Shown here: positions 18,095 through 30,800 of the stretch, piece by piece
Layout: every line of letters starts with the position of its first letter
Position numbering within the stretch: the first letter of the stretch is position 1
Source: an uncultured Alphaproteobacteria bacterium
GTDB taxonomy: Bacteria; Pseudomonadota; Alphaproteobacteria; HIMB59; GCA-002718135
Direction of reading: 5' to 3'
NCBI GenBank assembly: GCA_902577905.1
Contig: CACHAQ010000001.1
Span: forward strand, 9,861-73,860
DNA: 64,000 bases
Translations under genes and position numbers: made by a program
Notes under the pieces: generated by a model
Databases searched by the model: none
The model's input: only the letters and a program-made list of their open reading frames with translations
Told to the model about the DNA's origin: nothing

Positions 18095-20899
18095 TTACAA
18101 AATTTTCTTTAAAAATTCACCTGTATAGCTTTTTTTATTATTTGCAATATCTTCAGGTGTTCCTGTTCCAACAATTTGACCACCATTAACACCTCCCAGT
18201 GGACCTAGATCAATGATATGATCAGCTGTTTTAATTACATCAAGGTTGTGCTCAATAACAATTACAGTGTTTCCTTCATCAACAAGCGTATGAAGAATTT
18301 TAAGTAATTTTTTAACATCATCAAAATGAAGACCAGTTGTTGGCTCATCAAGAATATATAATGTTTTTCCTGTAGATCTTTTTGATAATTCTTTTGATAA
18401 TTTTATTCTTTGAGCTTCGCCACCAGATAAAGTAGTAGCTGATTGACCTATTTTTATATAATCTAATCCAACATCCATTAGGGTTTGTAATTTTTGCTTT
18501 ATTGCAGGAATTTTATCGAAAAATTTATAACCCTCCTCAACAGTCATTTCTAAAACATCTGAAATGGATTTATCTTTATATTTTACTTCTAAAGTTTCTC
18601 TATTATATCTTTTTCCTTTGCAAATATCACACTCAACATAAACATCAGCTAAAAAATGCATTTCTATTTTTTTTACTCCATCGCCTTCGCATGATTCACA
18701 TCTTCCGCCCTTAACGTTAAATGAAAAACGACCTGGTTTATAACCTCTAGCACTAGATTCATTTAAGTTTGCAAACCAATCTCTAATAGGAGTAAAACAT
18801 CCTGTATATGTTGCTGGGTTTGATCTTGGTGTTCTTCCAATTGGAGATTGATCAATATCAATTACTTTATCGATATGATTGATACCTTTAAAGTTAAAAC
18901 GACTTTCATCTTTATTTAAAGATTTATTGAAATAGTCATCTAACCTTTGATACAATGTATCAATAATTAATGAAGATTTACCACTTCCAGATACACCTGT
19001 CACAGTAATAAAATTCCCTAAAGGTAATGTGATATTAAGATTATCTAAGTTGTTTGTTTTAATTTTATTAAGTTTAAAAACTTTATTTTTATTAAATTTT
19101 CTTCTATTTTTTGGAACTTCTATTTCTAAGGATTTATTCAAATATTTTGCTGTCAAACTTTTATTGTTTTTTAGTATTTTTTTAAGTCCTCCCTCAGCAA
19201 TTATGTGACCTCCATTAACGCCAGCCTTAACACCTATATCAATTATATGATCAGATTGTCTAATTGCATCCTCATCATGCTCAACAACAATTACTGTATT
19301 ACCTAAATCTCTTAATCTAAATAAAGTTTCAATTAGTTGTTGATTATCTTTTTGATGTAACCCAATAGAGGGTTCGTCTAAAACATACAAAACTCCTGTT
19401 AACCCAGAACCAATTTGACTTGCCAATCTAATTCTTTGACTTTCACCTCCAGATAAAGTTTTACTAGCCCTTGCCAATGATAAATAATCTAGGCCAACTC
19501 TATTTAAAAAAACTAATCTATCTTTTATTTCTTTAATTACTCCCTCAGCAATTTTTTTATTATTTTTATCAAGTTTACTATCAAGTGATGAAAACCAGTC
19601 TAGGCACTCACTAATTGATTTTTTAGTAATATTACCAATATGATTTTCATCAATCCTTACGGCTAAAGCTTTTTCGTTAAGACGGTAACCATTGCAAACT
19701 TCACAGTCTCTTTCAGATAAATATTTTTCTAATTCATACTGAAGCCACCATCTCTCAGTTTCTTCATATTTTCGATCAATAAAGTTAATTATTCCTTCAA
19801 AATCATATAAAAAATTTAGTTCACTATTCTCATCTCCATAAAGAATTATATTTTTAACTTTTTTTGGAATTGCACTCCATGGAGCATTTTTCTTTACCTT
19901 AAATTGTTTTAAAATTTTATCTATTGTTTCAACAAAATATTTTTTTTGGTAACCAAATACTTTCGTTTCCCATGGTTTAATAGCTCCATCAGAAATAGAT
20001 CTAGTTTCATCAGGTACAATTTTGTATTCATCAAAAAATTTTTCAACTCCTAGTCCATCGCATTCAGAGCAAGCACCCTGTGGAGCATTAAAACTAAATA
20101 ATCTAGGTTCAATTTCTTCAATACTAAATCCAGATACAGGACATGCAAATTTTGATGAGAATATCGATATTTTATTTGTATCTAGATTTTCTAAATATAA
20201 TAAACCATCGGATAATGTTAACGCAACTTCTATACTTTCACTCAATCTTTGTTGGATATTTTTTTTTACAACAAGTCGATCAATAACAACATCAATATTG
20301 TGTTTAAAATTTTTTTTAAGTGAAGGCACTTCATCTATATCATAAACTACATTATCTACTTTAAGACGTTGGTAGCCCCTTTTTTTTAAATCTTCGATTT
20401 CTTTTCGATATTCACCTTTTCTGTCTCTAACTATTGGAGATAAAATATAAATTCTCTTATCAATATTATTTTTAATTATAAGATCAGTCATTTCACTTAC
20501 TGATTGTGATTTAATTGGCTTACCTGTTGTGGGAGAGTAGGGAACTCCGACTCTAGCATAAAGAACTCTTAAGTAGTCATAAATTTCAGTAACAGTTCCA
20601 ACTGTGCTACGAGGATTTTTTTGTGTTGTTTTTTGTTCAATAGAAATAGCAGGTGATAAACCGTCAATACTATCTACATCCGGCTTATTCATCATTTGGA
20701 GAAATTGTCTTGCATACGCTGAAAGACTTTCAACATATTTTCTTTGCCCCTCAGAATAAATTGTGTCAAATGCTAATGTCGATTTTCCTGAGCCACTTAC
20801 ACCAGTTATTACTACGAGTTTATTTTTTGGTATTTCTAAGTTTATATTTTTAAGATTGTGCTCTCTTGCACCTTTTATAACAATTTTATCTAAATTCAT
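18095..20899 (-). CDS. uvrA: Excinuclease ABC subunit A
   Basis: GAREHNLKN, two GVSGSGKS Walker A, LSGGE signatures, Zn fingers. Confidence 0.98.
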   Translation of the reverse strand: MNLDKIVIKGAREHNLKNINLEIPKNKLVVITGVSGSGKSTLAFDTIYSEGQRKYVESLSAYARQFLQMMNKPDVDSIDGLSPAISIEQKTTQKNPRSTVGTVTEIYDYLRVLYARVGVPYSPTTGKPIKSQSVSEMTDLIIKNNIDKRIYILSPIVRDRKGEYRKEIEDLKKRGYQRLKVDNVVYDIDEVPSLKKNFKHNIDVVIDRLVVKKNIQQRLSESIEVALTLSDGLLYLENLDTNKISIFSSKFACPVSGFSIEEIEPRLFSFNAPQGACSECDGLGVEKFFDEYKIVPDETRSISDGAIKPWETKVFGYQKKYFVETIDKILKQFKVKKNAPWSAIPKKVKNIILYGDENSELNFLYDFEGIINFIDRKYEETERWWLQYELEKYLSERDCEVCNGYRLNEKALAVRIDENHIGNITKKSISECLDWFSSLDSKLDKNNKKIAEGVIKEIKDRLVFLNRVGLDYLSLARASKTLSGGESQRIRLASQIGSGLTGVLYVLDEPSIGLHQKDNQQLIETLFRLRDLGNTVIVVEHDEDAIRQSDHIIDIGVKAGVNGGHIIAEGGLKKILKNNKSLTAKYLNKSLEIEVPKNRRKFNKNKVFKLNKIKTNNLDNLNITLPLGNFITVTGVSGSGKSSLIIDTLYQRLDDYFNKSLNKDESRFNFKGINHIDKVIDIDQSPIGRTPRSNPATYTGCFTPIRDWFANLNESSARGYKPGRFSFNVKGGRCESCEGDGVKKIEMHFLADVYVECDICKGKRYNRETLEVKYKDKSISDVLEMTVEEGYKFFDKIPAIKQKLQTLMDVGLDYIKIGQSATTLSGGEAQRIKLSKELSKRSTGKTLYILDEPTTGLHFDDVKKLLKILHTLVDEGNTVIVIEHNLDVIKTADHIIDLGPLGGVNGGQIVGTGTPEDIANNKKSYTGEFLKKIL

Positions 20900-20956
20900 G
20901 AATATTAGTGTTATCTAATAACGTTAATATGTTATATGGATATATATAGAAATCTT

Positions 20957-21430
20957 ATGGTTGGTAGTGTTAATAAAACAATTTTATTAGGAAACTTGGG
21001 AAGAGATCCTGAAATTAGGTCTATGCAATCTGGAGCAAAAATGGCTTCATTTTCAATTGCAACATCAAAAAGATGGAAAGACAGAAATACTCAAGAACAA
21101 AAAGAAAAAACATCGTGGCATAACATTGTTGTTTTTGGAGATGGTCTTGTCGATATTGTAGAAAAATATGTAAAAAAAGGATCTAAAATTTATGTTGAAG
21201 GAGAACTACAAACAAGGAAATGGCAAGATAAAGATGGGAATGATAGATACACAACAGAGGTCATTTTACAGGGATATAATTGTAATTTAACTCTCTTAGA
21301 CAGCAGAAATAGCAATTCTCAGGTATCAGATAATTCTCAAGAAATGGATCAATCTAAGCCAACTGAAGACAATTCTTTCGGAAATCAATCTGGTGATTCT
21401 GAAGATTTAGATGAAGATATCCCTTTTTAA
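20957..21430 (+). CDS. ssb: Single-stranded DNA-binding protein
   Basis: MVGSVNKTILLGNLGRDPE ... C-terminal DEDIPF; start 20957. Confidence 0.97.
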   Translation: MVGSVNKTILLGNLGRDPEIRSMQSGAKMASFSIATSKRWKDRNTQEQKEKTSWHNIVVFGDGLVDIVEKYVKKGSKIYVEGELQTRKWQDKDGNDRYTTEVILQGYNCNLTLLDSRNSNSQVSDNSQEMDQSKPTEDNSFGNQSGDSEDLDEDIPF

Positions 21431-21572
21431 TTTTATACATTAGATATTATAGTTTATTTACTGAAAAATATAGTTTTTTTAATATAATTTAATTATCTAT
21501 TTATATTGGTTTAAATTATGCTTTTTGATATAAAAAATATTTAATTTTTCTTAGAAAACTTGGATTTTTTTA

Positions 21573-24251
21573 GTGCCTGACGATATAGATACATCAAATA
21601 ACAACGATCAACAACCTGCTAATATACCTTCAGTAAGTTTAGAGCAAGAAATGCAAAAATCTTACCTGGATTATGCAATGTCTGTAATAGTTAGTAGGGC
21701 ACTTCCAGACTGCAGAGATGGCTTAAAGCCAGTACACAGAAGAATATTGTATTCTATGAGTGAATCAGGGTACAATTTTAATAAACCATATAAAAAATCA
21801 GCAAGAATAGTGGGTGATGTAATGGGTAAATATCATCCTCACGGAGACTCAGCTATTTATAATTCTATGGTTAGGATGGCTCAAGATTTTTCAATGCGAT
21901 TAGAGTTAGTCGATGGTCAAGGGAATTTTGGATCTTTAGATGGAGACCCTCCTGCAGCAATGAGATACACTGAAGCACGACTTGCTAAAGTATCCGAGAA
22001 GCTTGTTGAAGATATCGATAAAAACACTGTTTCTTTTCAGCCTAATTATGATGACACAACAAAAGAACCCTCAGTTTTGCCATCCCAATTTCCAAATCTT
22101 TTAGTTAATGGTGCATCAGGAATTGCTGTTGGTATGGCAACCAATATTGCCCCACATAATTTAGGTGAAGTAATTGATGCATCTTTGTATCTAATTAAAA
22201 ATCCAGAATGTAATATTTCTGAACTTCAAAAATATATTTTTGGTCCTGATTTTCCAACAGGAGGTCAAATAATTGGTAAAAAAGGCATAACTGAAGCTTT
22301 TGAAACTGGAAAAGGAGGGTGTGTAGTTAGATCGAAAACAAGTATTGAAAATTTTAAAAAGGATCGAGAGGCAATTATTCTCCATGAAATACCTTACCAG
22401 GTTAATAAATCAAAATTATTAGAAAGGATTGCAGAAATTGTAAAAAATGGAATTGTTGAAGGAATTTCAGATTTAAGAGATGAGTCAGATAGAAACGGTG
22501 TTAGGGTTGTGATAGAATTAAAAAAAGATGTAGACTCAAATATTATTCTCAATCAATTATATAAACATACTTTAATTCAAACGACATTCAATTCTAATAT
22601 GCTTGCTTTAAACAAAGGTAAGCCAGAACAAATGAATTTAAAAGAAATTTTATCTTCATTTTTAGATTTCAGAGAAGAAGTAATAATAAAAAGAACATTA
22701 TTTGATCTAAATAAAGCAAGAGAAAAAGCTCATATTTTAGTTGGATTGGTTGTTACAAACGAACATATTGATGAAATTATAGAATTAATAAAAAGTTCAA
22801 AAGATACAAAAGAAGCAAAAGAAAAATTAATTAAAAAGAAATGGAAAGTATCTAAACAAAATCTTAATTTTATTAAATTAGTTGAGGACGATACTGTAGA
22901 GTTAAAAAGCAACACTTTTAATTTTTCTGATGCACAGGCTAAAGCAATTTTAGAATTAAGATTGCAAAAATTAACTGCTTTAGAAAGAGAAGATATACAA
23001 AAAGATTTAGAAAGTTTAATTTTAGAAATTAAAAATTATCTATCTATACTTAATTCTAGGGATATTCTTTTAAAAGAAATAGAAAATGAATTAACTGAAA
23101 TAAAAAAAGAATTTGCAACTGAAAGACGTAGTGAGATTATTGATCAAGAATATGAGCAAGTAGATGATTTAAGATATATTCAACAAGAAGATATAGTTTT
23201 AACTATTTCTAATAATGGATACATAAAAAGATCACTATTATCTAATTATCGTTCTCAAAATAGAGGAGGTAAAGGTAAAACTGGTATGTCAACAAGAGAA
23301 GAAGATTTTGTTAAAGAAATTCACTTTGCAGATACTCACACTAAACTTTTAGTTTTTTCTTCATTAGGAAAAGTTTATTCTCTAAAATCTCATGATGTTC
23401 CTGAAGCTAGTTTAAAGGCAAGAGGAAAGCCTATAGTAAATTTATTGCCATTTAAAAATTCTGAAAAAATATCAACTTTTCTACCATTACCCCTCGATGA
23501 AAATCAGTGGGAAAAATTTTATGTTATTTTTACGACTAAAAATGGAATGGTTAGAAAAAATAAATTAATTGATGTTGCTAAGAGTGGAAAAAGAGAATTG
23601 AGGGACTCAGGCAAAGTATCTATTAAGCTTGATGAAAAAGATGAATTAATTGGTGTTAAGCTTTGTACTTTAGATGATGATATTTTACTTTCTTCATCAA
23701 ATGGAAAATGTTTACGTTTTCCAGTTGAAAAATTAAGATTATTTTCTGGTTTAAATTCTTCAGGTGTAAAGGGTATAAAATTAGATAAGGGCAATACAAT
23801 CATTTCTTTAGCAATTTTAAAACATTCAGTGATTGATATGAGCATTCGTCAAGAATACTTAAGGGCAGCATCCGAAAGTAGAAAAGATACTTCATCACTC
23901 AAAAATGGATTTGAAGAATTAAATAATAATGAGGAATTTCTTTTAGCTATAACTTCAAAGGGTTTTGGAAAAAGATCATCCGCTTATGAATATAGAATTT
24001 CAAATAGAGGAGGGAAAGGTATAACTGGTATAATTACATCAGAAAAAAATGGTGAAGTTGTTGATTGTTTTGTTGTTAAGGACAACGATGAAATTATCCT
24101 TGTTAGTGACAAGGGTCAAATAATTAGAGTTAATGTAAACCAAATTAGAATAGCTGGAAGATCAACAAAAGGTGTAAGTATTTTTAAGATTCCTGAAAGT
24201 GATAGAATTGTTTCTGTTTCTAGAATACAAGAATTCGAAAATGATGAATAA
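21573..24251 (+). CDS. gyrA: DNA gyrase subunit A
   Basis: [22 protein letters not shown], GyrA-box QNRGGKG. Confidence 0.98.
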   Translation: MPDDIDTSNNNDQQPANIPSVSLEQEMQKSYLDYAMSVIVSRALPDCRDGLKPVHRRILYSMSESGYNFNKPYKKSARIVGDVMGKYHPHGDSAIYNSMVRMAQDFSMRLELVDGQGNFGSLDGDPPAAMRYTEARLAKVSEKLVEDIDKNTVSFQPNYDDTTKEPSVLPSQFPNLLVNGASGIAVGMATNIAPHNLGEVIDASLYLIKNPECNISELQKYIFGPDFPTGGQIIGKKGITEAFETGKGGCVVRSKTSIENFKKDREAIILHEIPYQVNKSKLLERIAEIVKNGIVEGISDLRDESDRNGVRVVIELKKDVDSNIILNQLYKHTLIQTTFNSNMLALNKGKPEQMNLKEILSSFLDFREEVIIKRTLFDLNKAREKAHILVGLVVTNEHIDEIIELIKSSKDTKEAKEKLIKKKWKVSKQNLNFIKLVEDDTVELKSNTFNFSDAQAKAILELRLQKLTALEREDIQKDLESLILEIKNYLSILNSRDILLKEIENELTEIKKEFATERRSEIIDQEYEQVDDLRYIQQEDIVLTISNNGYIKRSLLSNYRSQNRGGKGKTGMSTREEDFVKEIHFADTHTKLLVFSSLGKVYSLKSHDVPEASLKARGKPIVNLLPFKNSEKISTFLPLPLDENQWEKFYVIFTTKNGMVRKNKLIDVAKSGKRELRDSGKVSIKLDEKDELIGVKLCTLDDDILLSSSNGKCLRFPVEKLRLFSGLNSSGVKGIKLDKGNTIISLAILKHSVIDMSIRQEYLRAASESRKDTSSLKNGFEELNNNEEFLLAITSKGFGKRSSAYEYRISNRGGKGITGIITSEKNGEVVDCFVVKDNDEIILVSDKGQIIRVNVNQIRIAGRSTKGVSIFKIPESDRIVSVSRIQEFENDE

Positions 24252-24735
24252 AATTGGAATATATCCGGGTACTTTTGATCCTATGACTGCAGGTCATATG
24301 GATATAATTAAAAGATCATTAAGAATAGTAGATAATTTAGTGATAGCTGTCGCTAATAATATTAATAAAAATTCATTATTTAGTGTTCAAGAAAGAATTA
24401 ATATTATCAAAAGTGATATTAGTTCTGTAAATGAGCTAAATTCAAAAATTAATGTTACTGAATTATCAGGATTACTTACAACTTTTGCTAATGATCAAAA
24501 TGCCACATGTATAATACGTGGTTTAAGAGCAGTATCTGATTTTGAGTATGAATTCCAAATGACAGGTATGAACTACCAACTTAACCCCGATATCGAGACA
24601 ATATTTCTTATGACTTCAGAAAAAAACTCATTCATTTCATCTAATTTTGTTAAAGAAGTCCACAAACTAGGTGGTGATGTTTCAAATTTTGTTTCTAAAA
24701 ATACTTTAGAGCAGCTTAATAAAAAAAACTCTTAG
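24241..24735 (+). CDS. coaD: Phosphopantetheine adenylyltransferase
   Basis: [24 protein letters not shown]; start 24241 or 24244. Confidence 0.96.
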   Translation: MMNKIGIYPGTFDPMTAGHMDIIKRSLRIVDNLVIAVANNINKNSLFSVQERINIIKSDISSVNELNSKINVTELSGLLTTFANDQNATCIIRGLRAVSDFEYEFQMTGMNYQLNPDIETIFLMTSEKNSFISSNFVKEVHKLGGDVSNFVSKNTLEQLNKKNS

Positions 24736-24785
24736 TTAATCACTTGCGCTTACAATATTTGAACTATATAGAATACAAATTCGAT

Positions 24786-24861
<76 letters not shown>

Positions 24862-24867
24862 TCCAAA

Positions 24868-25050
24868 ATGAAAAAAGCAAAGATTAAAAATATTGCATCA
24901 GGTATTGAGAAAAATTGTGATATTTTAAAAAAAAATGATAACATACTTGAAGTAGTTCTTGAAGGAACAACAATAAAGATATTGCTTAAAAAAAAGACTA
25001 ATAAATATATTGGATATTTTAAAGAAATGGAATTTGAGTCTGATGGTTAA
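24868..25050 (+). CDS. Small hypothetical protein (60 aa)
   Basis: ATG 6 nt after tRNA CCA, protein-like composition, 4-nt overlap with the convergent gene. Confidence 0.65.
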   Translation: MKKAKIKNIASGIEKNCDILKKNDNILEVVLEGTTIKILLKKKTNKYIGYFKEMEFESDG

Positions 25051-25484
25051 TTTTTATTTCTAATATTTAATTCGTTTTCATAATCAATTTGTACCTGCTT
25101 TAAAATTTCTTTCTTTGTTTTTAATTTACCTTTACCTACACCAGGGCAATTTTTAGCAATATCGTTATTCCAAGTTTTTGTATTCATATTTTCAGGCCAA
25201 AAAGGCCAAGTTCTACATTGTATAGGTCTTGATTTATAAACAGTGCATTTGTTATCTTTCAAAAATATGCAATTTCCATTATTTTTTTTTAGTTCCTTTA
25301 AGTGAATGAAACCATCAGTTTTTTGACAATAGTTTTTTACAAAGTTTTGTTCTGTTATTTTAAATCCATCTGACAATTTTTTAATATCTTTCTTACTTAA
25401 ATAAACAAAACCATAGGTACCTCTTGAAACACAACAATTTCCAGAACCCTGGCATTCAAATCTAATCCCTTTTTCTATATCCAT
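25047..25484 (-). CDS. YkgJ family cysteine-cluster (Zn/Fe-chelating) protein
   Basis: FECQGSGNCC, CIFL..CTVYKSRPIQCRTWPFW, CPG. Confidence 0.88.
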   Translation of the reverse strand: MDIEKGIRFECQGSGNCCVSRGTYGFVYLSKKDIKKLSDGFKITEQNFVKNYCQKTDGFIHLKELKKNNGNCIFLKDNKCTVYKSRPIQCRTWPFWPENMNTKTWNNDIAKNCPGVGKGKLKTKKEILKQVQIDYENELNIRNKN

Positions 25485-25489
25485 TACTA

Positions 25490-27571
25490 TTATCCAGCAG
25501 TAAGTGTTAAAATTGCTGCATCTCTTTCTTGCAGATACAATAAGTTTCGAAGATTTTCTCCTTCTATGTTTTCCAATTTTGGATTTTTGGATAATATATC
25601 TTCTACCATATTTTTAGCATCTTCTAATAGATCGTAATCAAAACTAAGATCAGCTACATAAAAAGATGGACTGCCAGATTGTTTTTTTCCTAAAATTTCT
25701 CCTGGACCTCTTATTTTTAAATCCTCTTCAGCGATTTTAAAACCGTCATTTGTTTGCTTCATTATATCAATTCTTTGTTTTGAAATTTCCCCAATATTAT
25801 CTTTATGTAAAAGTATACAATATGATTGAATGTCATTTCTACCGACACGACCTCTCAATTGATGAAGTTGAGCTAAACCAAATCTTTCTGAATGTTCAAT
25901 TACAATTGTTGTTGCAGAAGGAATATCTACACCAACTTCAATAACAGTTGTTGAAACTAAAATTTTATAATCCTCATTTTTAAACTTTGTCATTATTTCT
26001 TCTTTTTCTATTTCACTTAAACGTCCATGCATCAAAAGAACTTTATTTTTGAAATATTTTTTTAAAATTTTGTATCTTTCCTCTGCGGCTTTTAGATCCA
26101 ATTCCTCAGATTCTTCTATTAAAGGGCATACCCAGTAAAATTTAGAAGATGAATTTTTAATTTTTTCTTTTATTCTATCAATAAGTTGATTTTCTTTTTT
26201 TAATGACAAAGAACTAGTTATAATTGGTTTGCGACCTAAAGGTTTTTCAATTAATTTACTCTCTTTCATATCTCCATATGCTGCTAAAGTTAATGTTCTT
26301 GGAATGGGAGTCGCACTCATTACTAAAATATTTGGTTTATGATTTTTATGATTAAATACCATTCTTTGATAAACTCCAAATTTATGCTGTTCATCAATAA
26401 CTGCTAAACCTAAATTATTAAATTTTACAGTATTTTGTATTAAAGCATGTGTCCCAATTATAATATCTGCTTTTCCCTTTGCAATATCATCTAATTTTTC
26501 TTTCCTTTCATTGCCCTTATCTTTTCCTGTAAGAACAATCACATTGATTTTTGAATCTTTTAATAATTTTAAAATATTTTCATAATGCTGAAATGCAAGA
26601 ATTGTAGTAGGCACCATTAAAGCAGATTGAAAATTGCTTTCAAATACTTTTATCATTGATATTAAAGCTACAATAGTTTTTCCAGACCCAACATCTCCTT
26701 GCAACAATCTGATCATTTGATTAGAACTTGCTAGATCCTGAAGTATTTCTTTGATTACATTATTTTGTGAATTTGTAAGTTGAAAATCTAAATTACTATA
26801 AAATTTATTTAATGTTTTATTTTCACTATTAATTTTAAGACCTTTTTTCTTTTGATTAAAATTTCTCGTAATGCCTATAGCTAATTGATGAGATAATAAT
26901 TCATCAAATGCTAGTCTTCTTCTGAGCAAATTTTTATTTTTTATATTATTATCACTTGGATTATGAAGATTTTTAACCGCTTCATTCCATCCTTTAAATT
27001 TATATTTATTTAATATTGAAGTTTCGATCCATTCATTAAAATTTGGTAAATTATTTAATATTTGATCCGTTAATTTATTCATTATTTTTTGATTGAGGCC
27101 ACTAGTTAAACTGTAAACTGCCTCTTTACTTTTGATTATTTTATTATTGTTTAAAGCACTTACATGACTAGGGTGCGTTATTTGAAATGTGTTTCTAAAA
27201 TATTCTAATTTTCCAGATATTAATCTATTTTCATTAGTTGGAAGCATTTGTCTCAACATTGGATGTCTTGCATTAAAATATACTAATTCAATATTTGTAT
27301 CTCCACAGATGCATTTAATTTTATAGGGTTGTCTTTTAAACCTTGAAGGCTCATGTTTAATAATTTTTAAATTTAATGTTACTAAAGAATTAATTTCAGC
27401 ATCATGAATATTTTCATAGAATTTTCTTTCAAGAATATTATTTGGTATGTTCCAAACAAAATGAATATTCTTATATATACCTAATTTATTAATAATTTGT
27501 TCTAACTTTGGACCAACTCCTTTGAGAGTAGATATTGAAGATAATATGTAATTTAATTTTTCTGGTCTCAT
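25490..27571 (-). CDS. recG: ATP-dependent DNA helicase RecG
   Basis: QGDVGSGKT, DEQHKFG, MSATPIPR, QLHQLRGRVGR. Confidence 0.97.
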   Translation of the reverse strand: MRPEKLNYILSSISTLKGVGPKLEQIINKLGIYKNIHFVWNIPNNILERKFYENIHDAEINSLVTLNLKIIKHEPSRFKRQPYKIKCICGDTNIELVYFNARHPMLRQMLPTNENRLISGKLEYFRNTFQITHPSHVSALNNNKIIKSKEAVYSLTSGLNQKIMNKLTDQILNNLPNFNEWIETSILNKYKFKGWNEAVKNLHNPSDNNIKNKNLLRRRLAFDELLSHQLAIGITRNFNQKKKGLKINSENKTLNKFYSNLDFQLTNSQNNVIKEILQDLASSNQMIRLLQGDVGSGKTIVALISMIKVFESNFQSALMVPTTILAFQHYENILKLLKDSKINVIVLTGKDKGNERKEKLDDIAKGKADIIIGTHALIQNTVKFNNLGLAVIDEQHKFGVYQRMVFNHKNHKPNILVMSATPIPRTLTLAAYGDMKESKLIEKPLGRKPIITSSLSLKKENQLIDRIKEKIKNSSSKFYWVCPLIEESEELDLKAAEERYKILKKYFKNKVLLMHGRLSEIEKEEIMTKFKNEDYKILVSTTVIEVGVDIPSATTIVIEHSERFGLAQLHQLRGRVGRNDIQSYCILLHKDNIGEISKQRIDIMKQTNDGFKIAEEDLKIRGPGEILGKKQSGSPSFYVADLSFDYDLLEDAKNMVEDILSKNPKLENIEGENLRNLLYLQERDAAILTLTAG

Positions 27572-27614
27572 AGATTTTTACATAATTATAAACTATATTC
27601 TATATTCAATTTTT

Positions 27615-27863
27615 ATGTCATTCAATTCACTTAAAAAAACCATAAAATATAGGGTTTCTTACTCTGGAACAAAAGAAACAGATATTTTATACAAAAGATA
27701 TTTTATAAATCAGTTAGATAATTTTAGTGAAAAAGATCTTGAGGATATTAAATCGATATTTAATCATTTCTCCGATAATGAGATTTATGATTTTCTCACT
27801 TTTAAGGTAGCTATTCCATTAGAATTTAAGGGAATATTTAATAAAATACTTAATGAAGAATAA
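27615..27863 (+). CDS. sdhE: Succinate dehydrogenase assembly factor SdhE/SDHAF2
   Basis: KYRVSYSGTKETD, DNEIYD; conserved recG-sdhE-mfd synteny. Confidence 0.8.
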   Translation: MSFNSLKKTIKYRVSYSGTKETDILYKRYFINQLDNFSEKDLEDIKSIFNHFSDNEIYDFLTFKVAIPLEFKGIFNKILNEE

Positions 27864-30800
27864 AAATACAATTGGTCCATCAATTCATAATGTTGAACCC
27901 TTTTTCATTTCGCAGTTTTATCAAAATTCCAATAAATCAATTTTATACATTGGAAAAGATGAGAGAGAAATATCCTCTATGGAAGAAAAAATTAAATGGT
28001 TATTACCTGATGTTGAGATTTTATTATTTAAATCTTGGGATCAAATACCCTACGATAATGTTTCTCCTTCAAAAGAAGTACAAATAGAAAGATTAAAAAC
28101 ACTTAAAATTTTATCAAATTCAAATGCAAAAAGAATAATACTTACAACAATTAATTCAATAACACAAAAAATAATTCCTAAATCAATTATTAATTCACAT
28201 TTTTTTAAAATTTCAAAAAATCAAAAATTTAAATTTGAGGATCTTATTAATAACCTTGTCCTCTTAGGCTTCCAAAGAACTTCTTTAGTGCGTGATAAAT
28301 CAGAATTTTCTGTAAGAGGATCAATTCTGGATATTTTTCCAAATGATAGATCTAAGCCAATAAGAATAGATTTTTTTGATGAAGAAGTAGAGACGATTTT
28401 TGAATTTGATCCAATTACTCAAAAAAGATTAAAAGAAATAAATTGTGATTTAGAGTTTAATATTATTAATGAATTAATTCTTAATGAAAATAATCTTAAC
28501 TTATTTAGAAAAAATTTTAGGGAAATATTTCCAGAGTATAGAAATAGTCAAGTTTATAATCTTTTTTCTGAAAATATTATTCCATCTGGTGGTGAACAGT
28601 TTTTGCCTTTATTCTATGATAATATCGAAACTTTGTTTGATTATGTTAAAGACTATAAAATACTATTAAATGACGAATTTAAAAATATATTTGAAAATAG
28701 ATTAGAAAATATAAATGATTTTTATTTAGCCAGAAAAAATAATAAAGAAAATTTTTTTTTATCTCCTGAATTTTTTTACTTAAATAAAGAAGTTTTCCAA
28801 AAATATTTAGATAACAATGAGCATTTTTACTTTAATACATTTGATAAAAATAATCATATCAACATTGATGTAAATATTATTCATAATTTATCATCAATTA
28901 AAAAAGAAATTGATTTTAGTTTTATAAATCAATTTTTTACAACTAATTCTAAAGAAAATTTTATATATATATGTTGCCGTAGTAAAGGGAGTTTAGAAAG
29001 AGTATCTAAAATATTACAGAATAATTTAAGTTTAAATTTAAATAATGTAACAAACTTTAATCATTCACTTTCAGATAATATTCTTTTAACTATTCTGGAT
29101 ATTGAAGACTCATTTAAATTTAATAAATATATTTTTATTAATGAAAAATCCTTGTTTGGTTATTTTTTTAATACGCAAATATCTAAATCACGTAAACAAA
29201 CTATTTTTTTTGAAGAATTAAATAAATTATCTATTGATTCTATTCTGGTTCATTCTGAGTACGGTCTTTGTAAGTTTAATAATATTAGAAAAATTGAATT
29301 AAATGACTCAATTCATGAGTGTTTAGAATTAGAATTTTTTGAAAATCAAAAACTTTTTTTACCAGTTGAAAATTTAAGTTATGTATCAAAATACAGTGAT
29401 GATGCTGATGGAAATATTATTTTAGATAAACTCGGTGCTTCTCATTGGCAAAAAAGAAAAACAGATGCAAAAAAGAAAATTAGAGATGCTGCAAAAAAAC
29501 TTATTTCAATAGCTTCTAAGAGACTTCAATCTCAATCTTATGAAATCAATACAAATATTCCTGAATATGATAAATTTGTTAGCACTTTCCCATATGTTGA
29601 AACCGATGATCAATTAAATGCAATTCAAGATGTAATTAACGATTTTTCTAAGATGATACCATCTGATAGGCTAATTGTAGGCGATGTTGCATTTGGAAAA
29701 ACAGAAGTAATTTTAAGAGCTATTTTTCTAGCTGCAAAATCAAATTTACAATCTGTAGTTTTAGTGCCAACTACAATTTTATCTAGGCAGCATTTTATTA
29801 ATTTTAAAAAAAGGTTATCTATTTTTGGAATTAATATTGCAGAAATTTCTAGATTAGTATCATTAAAAGATAAAAAAGAAATTTTTGAAAAATGTAATAA
29901 TGGTAACATAGATGTTTTAGTTGGAACTCATGCTTTATTAAACGATAAATTAAAATTTAACAGGCTCGGTCTAATAGTTTACGATGAAGAGCAAAAATTA
30001 GGAACAATTCAAAAAGAAAAATTTAAAGATCTAGCTCCAAAAGCGCATTGTATCTCACTTAGTGCAACACCTATTCCAAGAACTTTAAGTATGTCTCTCT
30101 CAGGAATTCGAGATCTAAGCCTAATTCTTACAGCGCCATTTGAAAGAATGGCAGTTAGAACTTACGTTTCACCTTTTGATTCTTTGACTATCAAAGAAGC
30201 TATAAAAAGAGAAATATATGGAAGAAAAAATGGTGTTTATTTTGTTGTGCCAAGAAAAAAAGATTTACCTTTTGTCGAACAATTTTTAAATGATAATTTA
30301 CCAGAAATAAAATATGTAATCACTCATGGTCAACTTAGTCCTAAATTATTAGAAAGTAGAATATCAAAATTTTATAATCAAGAAGTCCCTTTAATGCTAA
30401 GTACAAATATTATTGAAAATGGTTTGGATTTACCTCATGTAAATACAATTATAGTTTACCGATCAAACATTTTCTCTTTGGCAGCTTTATATCAATTGAA
30501 AGGAAGGGTAGGTAGATCTTCTAAACGTGGATACGCTTACATTACATATAAGGAAAATGAGTTAAAAGATAATGGGAGAAAAAGATTATCTATAATAAAC
30601 TCTTCTGATCATCTTGGGGCAGGTTTTAACATTGCATCACAAGATTTAGATCTTCGAGGTGGCGGTTCTATAATTGGAGAAGAACAGAGTGGTTTTATCA
30701 AAGAAATTGGAACAGAGCTTTATCATCAGATGCTCGAAGAAGAGATAAATATACAAAAAAGTAAAATTAATTCTGATTTTGTAAAAAAAGAAAGTTTTCA

